DNA from: Monosiga brevicollis MX1
Lineage: Eukaryota
Direction: 5' to 3'
Assembly: GCF_000002865.3 (NCBI RefSeq)
Contig: NW_001865084.1
Span: 124,001-170,238 of the forward strand
DNA: 46,238 nt
Made by a program: the position numbers and the translations under genes. The notes under the pieces were generated by a model. That model made no database searches and was not told where the DNA came from. It saw only the letters and a list, made by a program, of their open reading frames with translations. Every line of letters starts with the position of its first letter. Position 1 is the stretch's first letter. Below, one piece after another: positions 1 to 12,000 of this stretch.

Positions 1-1
1 G

Positions 2-3000
2 ACCACTACGACGACCACCACCACAGCTTCCGTGGCGACGACAACAGCCGAGGACACACGTCTCACGCAGCCATTGCTTTTGACTGGCTCAGTGGACGTG
101 TACCCGGATCGTCACACGACTGCCAGGAGCCAGGCTACCTACCGAGCCGGCCAGTCAGGCACGGTTACGGCCGCAACCATTGAAGGCCAGCTCTCGGTAT
201 CCCGTACGCTCACGGTGTCAGCCACTGTACCAGACGTCATCGTGTTGGGGTTGTACCAAAATGCCACGTACAACGATGCGCGAAGATTGGTGGGTGAAAT
301 CTTCCTGTTTGATGCCTATGGCAACCCATCTACGTCCGGCAGCAGCATCGTCACGGTGCGCGCTACAACTATCGATGGTAGCTATTCCGCCACCTCTCAA
401 ACTCGCATTCAGACGCCAAACGGACGCTACCAGTTCAATCTTCTCTTCAACGAAGCCATGTATTCTCAAGCGCGAATGGGTACCGTGGTCGCTTTTATTG
501 GAACCAACCGAGCCACTAGCTCCGTGATATCAGAAGAAAGTACCTTTAGTGTCATCCCAAGCCCGACACTAACAAACGCCGAAGCATACATTCGCCTGCC
601 CTACGAGGATGTGTACTCCACCGACCTCAATGCCGCGCTCGTTTTTGGTGTCCCCAGCACTGCTGCAAATCAGGCAGCTAGCTCAATCATTTGGCAGTTT
701 TCTACAAACGCTGCCGTGACATTTTCTGCATCATCTCTGCCAGCAGGCTGCACCATCTCCACTGACTTGACAAACTCGCTATCTCGCAACGTTTCCTGCC
801 CAGCAGCTACGGCGCTGGCCGGCACGGCTGCCTTGACCTTCACTATAGCCTCCAGTCAAGCCACAACCAGCCCCACAGTGGTCGTGTCCAGCGTGGCTGC
901 TTGGCGCCGTCTGGCAGACGGCAGCTCAGTATCTCTCAATGCAGTAGTGCGAGATCGAAATGGTGATGGCACCCAGGGTTACATCTACACCCCTGCAGCG
1001 TACACGGCGTTTGCTGTTGCCTTTCTGACCAAAACGACCTTTATTGTGGACGACGCTGCTTCGGATCAGTCCTCAGCCATGAGCTTCTATGCTGGGCAAT
1101 CATCTGGCCGCATGCTGATCCTCACTGCCAACTCGTGCGTCTCTTCGGAACCGTCCATCACCACAACTTCTTCCTGCGGCATTGTCGTCAGCAAGAACGT
1201 ACCGCGAGGAGCTTTCACCATCACCGTTTCCAGAAACGGCGCCACTGCCGTTGCAACGGGTCGTGTGTTGGCACCAGAAGAGGAGTACACCCTTTCGCTT
1301 AATAGTGACTATGTGGCGCCCATTACCGGTGCCTTTGATGCAGATTGTCAAGCATTTGCGGTGGCCCCTGCCATCACGATCACGCGGACATTCTCAGGAG
1401 GTAACCGTACTCTCAGCTTGGACATTTCTAGCGAGCTGGCGACCGACCTTTTTGTTGACCCCAATATTGGCTACATTAGCGCTGAGCCTCGCCTGGTGCT
1501 CAGACACTCCTTTGTGGCGGCCGCCGCATCTCAAGGCTCGTTGTCCGTCCCCATCGTACTCAAAACGCCCGGCGGCAATGTGACCAAAACTCTTGAGGTC
1601 CCCGTGAACGACGCAGCTCAGGGCGAGCTTTTTGTGACGCTGGCAACTGGCCTTGGCCTTACGGTGGCATCATCAGGCTACTATGCTCCAGCTGCAGTCA
1701 TGGCCACAGTAACGACGGGCACGACATTTACGGACACCCGTCCGCTCGCACTACTTGCACACATGGCTGTTGATGGCATCTTTGCTCAACCAGTATCCAG
1801 CAACAACCTACGCATTGTCCATCCAACGAATACTTTCGTGATTGACGCTCAAGGTTTTCTCACTGCCTCCCCGCTTATCTTCGGCAATGTGTCCAGCTCC
1901 CTCGAGCTGCAACTGGCCCCCAGCACATGCGCTGAAACCCCGTTGTCGGCCACAGTTGACGAGGTGCACTACACGACCAATACCCGGATTGAGAGTCTTG
2001 TCAATGCCACACGGCGTATAGCCAACTTTCAGGATCCATTGTCGGGCGTTGCGGCCAATACCACTCTTTCTCTGGTCTTGCACGCTCGTCTGAACAATGG
2101 CACCACAGTCGACATATCCCAGAATCCTCATGTCATTCTAACGGCACCTTCCTGGGTTAATGTCAGCCAGGATACATCCAGCTTCAGCTGGTATCTGACG
2201 CTCACTGAACCTGCCACAACACCGTCCTTTGATGTTCAGGTGGAGTATCTGCGCGCCCCCAATGGCCAAGCTCTCTTTACCTCATCCTTCCCGATCCAGA
2301 TCGTTTCGACCACGGAGCTATTGCTCAAGGCTACATCCGTCGAGGGCCACATGTTTTACAGCATGCCTTACCGCAATGTCGTGCCACTGCTGTTTGAGCT
2401 CTTCTTCATCACGGCCACGGCTCGTACTTCTGAGAATGTACAGATACCGCTTGATTCCTGCATCCAGTGCCTGACCCCATCGTTCTTGGTCAACGGCTCA
2501 ACGATACCAGGCAACGAATGGCAACCATCAACTCCTGGGACCACCCTTCTGACGGCAACCTTTGGAACGTTCACAAATGCAACTGGCGTCAATCTGATTG
2601 CGCACACGGACGACTTTATCGAGCTTGTCAACATTTCTATGTGGGAAGTAGCAGGTGCCTACCTCACTTCAAACGGCATCCCGGTCTTGCGTGGGCGCGT
2701 TGGAGATGTTTTGAACACGACCTTCGTGTCGAACTGGGGCGCAGCCTCAACCATTCAAAACTTTGAGCGCGTCTCCTCAGCGTTTGAGGTGAGCATCACC
2801 GACGCATCCATCAGATATATCAGCGACATCGACAATGCCACTCTCTATCTTGCCGGCAACTCGTATGGTCGATTGGTCAAGGTCACCCTTCGTGCTCTCT
2901 TCGATGCAAATATCAATGGGACCTTCGCTTGCTGGGTCGACACTGACCCTCAAGAACAAGGCTTCATCCTTCATTCATCGCCCGAACAGCTGAGCGGACC

Positions 3001-6000
3001 CACCACTAACGCTGTCATTGATTTTGGCCTTCAGCCTGCTCAAGTTTTTGGCGATATCACCGCCTTCCACGTTCGTGTGGTGACCAGCGCGACCTTGAAC
3101 GTGCGGGATCTGGTTTTTGCCGTTGGCGGAAGTGTGCAAGACGTTTTGTTTCACAGTGAGCAAAAGTTTGAGCTGATCATGGTTCCTGATTCAGCTTTGC
3201 TCAATGCGACATTGCGTCTTCAAAGCCCAACCAATATTTCTGGCGCTGTGAACATCACAGTTTTTGGCATTATTGACGGGCATCGTTACTCGGTCATGCC
3301 CACACAGTCGATCTGTCTCGGATGCCTTGATACCCATGCACCAGCATTGGTCCCGGGGTTTGCATCCAGCCCTGGCCTCACGGGCTGTGAGTTGCCGTAC
3401 GATGTCAATGAGGACTGCCGCTTGGATATCTCTGACTTGCACCTTTTGCACAACGAGTTGGCAGCAATTGATTTTGACCTCAACGGCATGGTCAACGAAG
3501 CAGATGAGCAGGGCCTGGCGGCCTACATTCTCGGCAAACTACGCCCACCTTTAGCAGTCGCCTTTGAAGCCCCTATTGCCACGGCATCGCGCCGTTGTCG
3601 CGCCTTCCTCGAGTGGACGGAGTATAATACACCTCTAAGCTCAGCTGTTTTGCAACAGCACGGTCTTCTATTGCAAGCACAATACCTCAATGCCAGCATC
3701 GTGCCCCTTGTACCGAATTCTCGCCTGGAGCGCATCGACGCTGGGCACTGGGCTTGGATCAACTTGAACACATTCGGTAATACTTCGGCTTTATTGCCAG
3801 TGGCTGTGACACTGCAAAACATCAGTCTATCTCCAGTTCTTTTCGTGACCGACGCGCGGCAAAATTATAGCTATGCCTTTACAAGCGCAGCTGCTCAGGA
3901 TGTGGAATGGTTGGAACAAGTCGGCGGGCCAGATTACGTTGGCTTGCGGCACATTGAGACGTACACTGCAACAGCAAGCTGCAAACCTGTGTGTGATGTT
4001 GGAAGCGAGTATTTTGAGGATGAGACTTACTCGTGCGAAGATGTGACAGAATGCGATGCAACGCAATATATCACACAGGACAACGATGCGACCAGTGATC
4101 GGGAGTGCAAATTCCTGACACAGTGCAACCCATCCTGGCAATTTGTCGGGGTCAATGAGACCTCACACACTGACCGTGTGTGCTTCAACATTACGATTTG
4201 CAATTCAACTTCCTTCGAGCTGGTACCTGCATCAACGTACTTTGATGCCGTTTGTCAGGCACTGACTGTGTGTCCAGAGGACACCTATGAAAATGTGTCG
4301 GCGACATACACGAGTGATCGCATGTGCGCGGCCGTGCGTGTCTGCAATGTCAGCGAAATTGAAATCACACCACCATCACCGACGACGGACCGCGTGTGCG
4401 CGGTGGTGGATGGCAACAGCACCGTTGACGTTGATGTGGATCTTGCACCACTGGACGAGGCAATCGTTTCCGTAGCAGGAAATGGTGATGGTTGGTACAT
4501 CCGTAGCGCCGGCAGGTTGGCAGCGCTGGCGACGGGCAGTCATACGCTGTCGGTCAAGACGCGCGACAGCACGGGTATCAGTGCATCGCGATCGGTCACG
4601 GTGACTGCTGAGCCGGCCGAGACGCTGGATGCGGTTTTATTGACGGAGGTGACATACAGTGATGATGACGCTCTGGCGGTTGTGGCGCAAGTGCGAGATG
4701 TGTATGGTCAAGTGGGTCGATCCTCAGCTACTGTGCAGGTGGACTTTGCACCGCAGGCCAATGGTCGCTCGGCGTTTACGGAGACCTGCTCTCTTTCGGT
4801 GGGCACGATGCGATGCACGGTGTCTGGCACCGTGCCTAGTGCGTGGTTGGCTGAGGGAGCTGTGAGCGATGTGCTCGTGGTGACGGCGCAGATCCAGGGC
4901 GTTGCCTCATCGACAATCTCACTGGGTACTGTTCAGGTACGGCCGCAGATTGCACGACCGAGTGAGGTTGCCAATCTCGAGGTGAAGCTGCCATCGACGC
5001 CCCTGGTGGTGGGGACCGACTCGGAGGATATTTACGTCGAATCGTCGTTTGCTCCACTGCTGCGAGCTTTTGGCGTGACGGTTGAGATCAGTGCCGGGGC
5101 GGACGTCAGCATTGTGGAAGTGACCCCGGAGGCGCCTTTTGACCAATCTGTGATTGGCACTGTTCAGACAATTACCTCGGGCGTGCGTGTGGCCTATGCC
5201 ATTGAGCGATCAGATGTCGATTTGCTCACCCGCAACGCAGCGGGGCGCCAGAATCTATTCCGGTTCAAGCTGCGAACGAGCAGTGGAGCGACGGCAGGGG
5301 CCTCGGTCAGCGTTAAGGTGATGGCAGAGGAGCTGCGCGATACTAGCGATGGTGCCGTGTTTCCCTCTGGTTACAACAGCGCGCCAACGCCCGCGACGCT
5401 TCGGAATCATTCAGCGTGGCTCATGAGTGGCGAGGCCAGCCTGACGGTGGTGGCTGTTGAGGAGCGTGGCATGTTGTGCCAGCTGAGTGATTACATTATT
5501 GTGAATAACGCGCCGTTGACGGGTACTGAAGGCCAGGCTCAGGTAACGGCGACGATGCTGTGGAACGACGGCAGCAGCACAAGCGTGCCAGGTGCATCTT
5601 TGACTGTGCGCAGCGGTGATGTTGGTGCCTTGGGTGTCAGTGCCAATGGCGGTTTGGTGGCTGGTTCGGCGCAGAGTCACGGCAATGCGTCGGTGGCCAT
5701 TGAGGCCGAGTATGGCGATTTTGTGTGTGGCGCTGCAGCTCGTGTTCTGTATCCCGAAGAGCCGCTTCAAATCAACGTGTCTCGAGCAACGGTGCGCCCC
5801 ATTCGCGGCTGGTTTGCTGATGGTGACACGACGTGCAGCCAAGCCGTGTACCAGCGGGCCACCGTGCAGGTGATTGCAACGTATGGCTGCGCGAATGAGT
5901 GCACTGGCGTGACGAGTGATGTGACGTACCTTTTGCGCGAGGGTTTGAACACGTCGAACAATGCTGTGAGCAATGTTGTTGTGAGTGCAACTGGCCGTGG

Positions 6001-9000
6001 GCAAGTTGTGTTTGCCGGGCCTGGCAGTGCGACGGTGCTTGCTTACTCGAGTAATGGCGTGCTTTTGGGCGAGTCCATGACCATTGTGGCCAGCGACGAA
6101 CAAGATCTTCAGGCCATTGAGGTGGATTTGGTAGCGGTTGACACGCTGACCCTGTCAGGGGCGACGAGTGCTCGTCTGTTTGAGCCTGTGCATTATACGT
6201 ATGCGTATAGTGCATCGTCATTGACGGCGGAGGGCAGTAGCACGACTTTTGTTGCAGCCATTACGCTTGAGGACGGCAGCCGTATCGCGGCTGGTCTGGA
6301 GACCAACGGCGTGACGCTGTTCAGCGAAGACGAGAGCGTTCTGTCAGTATCTGGGATGACGGCCACGGTGGTGACGGGTGCCGTGTCCAAAGCAGGATCA
6401 CTGGTGCGTGCTGTGTGGCAGCCCAATGGCGTGAGCAATGACTGCAACACGACAGCTGGCTTGGCGCTGGGCTATGGGCAAGTGACGGTGGCCCTGCCTG
6501 CTGCGACTGGGGTTTCTGTGAGTGGCCAGCCGACACGACTCGTGGTGCAGGGCGATCCTTCCAGCCAGGGCATGGCTGGGCAGGCAACCCAGTTCTCCTT
6601 GGGGGTGACGCTGGAGTTTGAGGGAGGATCGACGCGCTCGATGGCACGGGACACTCGTACTGTGGTGAGTGTGTCACCTTTAGGTGCACTAACTGTAGAC
6701 CAGAGCGAGAGCACGGGGATTACAGTTTACTCAACCAACCAGACGGGCACGTTCAATGTGACGGTGACGTTTAGCAACGCTGCGTACGCAAACGTGAGCA
6801 CGACAGTGGCGGTCACGGTGACAGCATATGACCGCCTGGAGGTGAGCTCTAATCCTGAGCCCAGCTTTGCGGGCATGAGCGAGAAAACGACACTTGCACC
6901 GTTGGCAGGTACTGAGCCCCAGCTTTACCAACAGTTGAGCCTTGGCACCACCATGGTCTTACAGGATGGGTTTGAGATTGCGCTGTCAACCTCGGCTGTG
7001 GCGTACAATTTGTGGGCGACGACAACGGCTGGCGATGCAGTGGCCACGTCTGCAGCGCTGGTGAGTGGCAGCACGTCTGTTGTGACAGGTACTGCCGCAG
7101 GCAGGGCTTACGTGCAGTGCACGTACGGGCCGGCCGGTGTGAGCAATGCCGACAGCCTGTACCCCTTGGACACGTTGTCAGATGCAGTTGAGGTTGTGAG
7201 CTTGGACGACATGACATTGACAGGCAGTGGTGTTTCGACGAGCGGCAGCACTGTGACTGTGACAGGGGTGCAGAATACGGCGCGCGTGGCAATGGTGCAG
7301 GTGGGGGCCACTTTTAGTGATGGCACCAAGTACACCTCACTGTTTAGCGGGTCTGCAGGGTCGCGGTCAGCCGTGTTGCCTGGGCTTGTGACGGTGTCGC
7401 TGGTCGGCACAGGTTTGACGGTGGATAACGTGACGGGCACCGTTTCGATTGTGGAGAACTCGCTTAGCGGCGTGCTTATCACGGTGAGCGCAACAGAGGT
7501 TGCAACGTCTGTTTCAGCAACGCTGGAGGCATTTGGCAATCTGGCGCCGGCTGCTGGGGATGTGGATCTGGGTAGCACGAGCGGTCCTGCAATTGGAGCA
7601 CTGTCGGTTGGACAAACGACGACGGTTGCACTGCGAGTGAACACAGGTGCAGCTCGGGTGACTGCTTTTCAGGCCAGGCTGGCGCTGAATGCGTCATTGG
7701 TGCAGGTTGTGGGCGTGAGCAGCTCATACACTAGTCCGTCGGTGAACATCCGAGATGATGAGGTGGAGTTTAGCATGATTTTGACCAACGGCGTCAGCGG
7801 TAGCAACGTGTTGATTGCCAACATTGAGGTACAAGCAGTGGGCGCTGGCGTGGGTGTCTTGACGGGCACGATTGTGAACATGGCCACGGCTGAGTTTGTT
7901 GCGGTTGGTGCGGGGCCCTTTGTGGCCGGCACAGTGCCGTATCGTGTGGTGGGTGCTGTGCGCCGCCGCAGCAGCATGAGTACACCAGAAGAGCTTGTGG
8001 AGGAGGCCGTGAAGGTGGATGAGCTTCTGGCTGGGGCACGCGCTGTGGCAGCACAGGTGCAGCACCGTCAGCGGCGCACAAGTGATGTCGGTCGCGTGCT
8101 GGGTGATTTCGTGGGGCCACGGGCCAGCACGAGCGAAGCCTATGCACCTGACGGGTTGGTTCAGGTTGTGGACGCATTGTTCATTTTCAACTATATTTTG
8201 CTGCGCTCGCCTGGTGCGTCGGCAACAGAGCGGGCACCGTATGAGGCGGTGTTGGCGACTCTGGGCAGTGATCCAGATGCACTGGTTGACATTGATCAGA
8301 ACGGCCGGCTGGAGTACTTTGCCGACACGTTTTACCTCCAGGATGTGAGTGTGCAGATCAAGTACATGTTTACAGCCGAGGTACACGCACCAGAGCCCGG
8401 GGCTGATTGCTATACGGAGGTTCGAGTGAATGTGCACGTGATTCCCGGCGGCAGCTTGGACGCTTCGCGGGTGTTCTTCCTTGCTGATCTGGGTATTGAT
8501 TCTGCCTCGGATGCAGCTGCCGTTCCATTGATGTCAGCCCATGTGGGCAATGGTACGTTGTTACCTGTGGATAAGACGGCCAATGGCTTGTTTGGGGCCA
8601 TCTTGCAGCTAGATGCTGGTGCGGCCGAGGCAGCACTTGAGTACAACCAGACGATGCATGTCTACCGCGGCACCTTTGTGAGTCGCGTGGAGAATGGCAC
8701 GGAGGTTGATCTTGGGGTGTCGATCGTGCAGGCTGTCCAGGACACGGCAGGCGAAATGTATGTCTTCTTCTCCGAGTCGTACACGGATGCAGGCTCAGGG
8801 CGGTTCGCAGCTCAGCTTGATGTCAATGCCTCTGTGGGTGACGAGTTGATTCTCATCCAATCCGCCAATAGCGGATACTCCCCACTTTTGAGCGCTGAAA
8901 TCACATCTTCGACTGTGGCGTGTAAAATCGACAATGACCTTTGCGATTTTGTCAATGAGTATATTTCAGGCGACGATGCAGCATGTACTGATGTGCAACC

Positions 9001-12000
9001 TTGCGAAGCCGATGAGTACGTGTCAACAAATCACACCACCACTGACAATCGTATCTGCTCCGAATTGGCTGAATGCGACTACATGTGGCAGTACGTGGGT
9101 ATCAATGAGACGGTATACTCGAACCGTGTGTGCTTCAACATTACGATTTGCAATTCAACTTCCTTCGAGCTGGTACCTGCATCAACGTACTTTGATGCCG
9201 TTTGTCAGGCACTGACTGTGTGTCCAGAGAACACCTATGAAAATGTGTCGGCGACATACACGAGTGATCGCATGTGTGCGGCCGTGCGTGTCTGCGAATT
9301 GGGTGAGATTGAGATTCAAGAACCCACGGCCACCAGCAACCGCGTGTGCGCGGTGGTGGATGGTAACAGCACCGTTGACGTTGATGTGGATCTTGCACCG
9401 GTGGCCGTGAGCAGCGTGTCGGTGATGACACCCGGAGATGGGTGGCATGTGCACGACGGCGGACGAATGGCAGCGCTGGCGACGGGCAGTCATACGCTGT
9501 CGGTCAAGACGCGCGACAGCACGGGTATCAGTGCATCGCGATCGGTCACGGTGACTGCTGAGCCGGCCGAGACGCTGGATGCGGTTTTATTGACGGAGGT
9601 GACATACAGTGATGATGACGCTCTGGCGGTTGTGGCGCAAGTGCGAGATGTGTATGGTCAAGTGGGTCGATCCTCAGCTACTGTGCAGGTGGACTTTGCA
9701 CCGCAGGCCAATGGTCGCTCGGCGTTTACGGAGACCTGCTCTCTTTCGGTGGGCACGATGCGATGCACGGTGTCTGGCACCGTGCCTAGTGCGTGGTTGG
9801 CTGAGGGAGCTGTGAGCGATGTGCTCGTGGTGACGGCGCAGATCCAGGGCGTTGCCTCATCGACAATCTCACTGGGTACTGTTCAGGTACGGCCGCAGAT
9901 TGCACGACCGAGTGAGGTTGCCAATCTCGAGGTGAAGCTGCCATCGACGCCCCTGGTGGTGGGGACCGACTCGGAGGATATTTACGTCGAATCGTCGTTT
10001 GCTCCACTGCTGCGAGCTTTTGGCGTGACGGTTGAGATCAGTGCCGGGGCGGACGTCAGCATTGTGGAAGTGACCCCGGAGGCGCCTTTTGACCAATCTG
10101 TGATTGGCACTGTTCAGACAATTACCTCGGGCGTGCGTGTGGCCTATGCCATTGAGCGATCAGATGTCGATTTGCTCACCCGCAACGCAGCGGGGCGCCA
10201 GAATCTATTCCGGTTCAAGCTGCGAACGAGCAGTGGAGCGACGGCAGGGGCCTCGGTCAGCGTTAAGGTGATGGCAGAGGAGCTGCGCGATACTAGCGAT
10301 GGTGCCGTGTTTCCCTCTGGTTACAACAGCGCGCCAACGCCCGCGACGCTTCGGAATCATTCAGCGTGGCTCATGAGTGGCGAGGCCAGCCTGACGGTGG
10401 TGGCTGTTGAGGAGCGTGGCATGTTGTGCCAGCTGAGTGATTACATTATTGTGAATAACGCGCCGTTGACGGGTACTGAAGGCCAGGCTCAGGTAACGGC
10501 GACGATGCTGTGGAACGACGGCAGCAGCACAAGCGTGCCAGGTGCATCTTTGACTGTGCGCAGCGGTGATGTTGGTGCCTTGGGTGTCAGTGCCAATGGC
10601 GGTTTGGTGGCTGGTTCGGCGCAGAGTCACGGCAATGCGTCGGTGGCCATTGAGGCCGAGTATGGCGATTTTGTGTGTGGCGCTGCAGCTCGTGTTCTGT
10701 ATCCCGAAGAGCCGCTTCAAATCAACGTGTCTCGAGCAACGGTGCGCCCCATTCGCGGCTGGTTTGCTGATGGTGACACGACGTGCAGCCAAGCCGTGTA
10801 CCAGCGGGCCACCGTGCAGGTGATTGCAACGTATGGCTGCGCGAATGAGTGCACTGGCGTGACGAGTGATGTGACGTACCTTTTGCGCGAGGGTTTGAAC
10901 ACGTCGAACAATGCTGTGAGCAATGTTGTTGTGAGTGCAACTGGCCGTGGGCAAGTTGTGTTTGCCGGGCCTGGCAGTGCGACGGTGCTTGCTTACTCGA
11001 GTAATGGCGTGCTTTTGGGCGAGTCCATGACCATTGTGGCCAGCGACGAACAAGATCTTCAGGCCATTGAGGTGGATTTGGTAGCGGTTGACACGCTGAC
11101 CCTGTCAGGGGCGACGAGTGCTCGTCTGTTTGAGCCTGTGCATTATACGTATGCGTATAGTGCATCGTCATTGACGGCGGAGGGCAGTAGCACGACTTTT
11201 GTTGCAGCCATTACGCTTGAGGACGGCAGCCGTATCGCGGCTGGTCTGGAGACCAACGGCGTGACGCTGTTCAGCGAAGACGAGAGCGTTCTGTCAGTAT
11301 CTGGGATGACGGCCACGGTGGTGACGGGTGCCGTGTCCAAAGCAGGATCACTGGTGCGTGCTGTGTGGCAGCCCAATGGCGTGAGCAATGACTGCAACAC
11401 GACAGCTGGCTTGGCGCTGGGCTATGGGCAAGTGACGGTGGCCCTGCCTGCTGCGACTGGGGTTTCTGTGAGTGGCCAGCCGACACGACTCGTGGTGCAG
11501 GGCGATCCTTCCAGCCAGGGCATGGCTGGGCAGGCAACCCAGTTCTCCTTGGGGGTGACGCTGGAGTTTGAGGGAGGATCGACGCGCTCGATGGCACGGG
11601 ACACTCGTACTGTGGTGAGTGTGTCACCTTTAGGTGCACTAACTGTAGACCAGAGCGAGAGCACGGGGATTACAGTTTACTCAACCAACCAGACGGGCAC
11701 GTTCAATGTGACGGTGACGTTTAGCAACGCTGCGTACGCAAACGTGAGCACGACAGTGGCGGTCACGGTGACAGCATATGACCGCCTGGAGGTGAGCTCT
11801 AATCCTGAGCCCAGCTTTGCGGGCATGAGCGAGAAAACGACACTTGCACCGTTGGCAGGTACTGAGCCCCAGCTTTACCAACAGTTGAGCCTTGGCACCA
11901 CCATGGTCTTACAGGATGGGTTTGAGATTGCGCTGTCAACCTCGGCTGTGGCGTACAATTTGTGGGCGACGACAACGGCTGGCGATGCAGTGGCCACGTC

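Larger units (their letters stand above)
4518..8832 (+). repeat. Long direct repeat, copy A (apparently identical to 9468-13782)
   Basis: Matches copy B at offset 4,950 from tggcagcgctggc to gatgtcaatgcctc. The shadow ORFs in the track recur with identical translations at +4950. Confidence 0.95.

Noticed and set aside
32..34. GTG start of the giant ORF
   Set aside because: The frame is open upstream to base 2, the context is eukaryotic and no signal peptide follows, so the true start lies outside the window.
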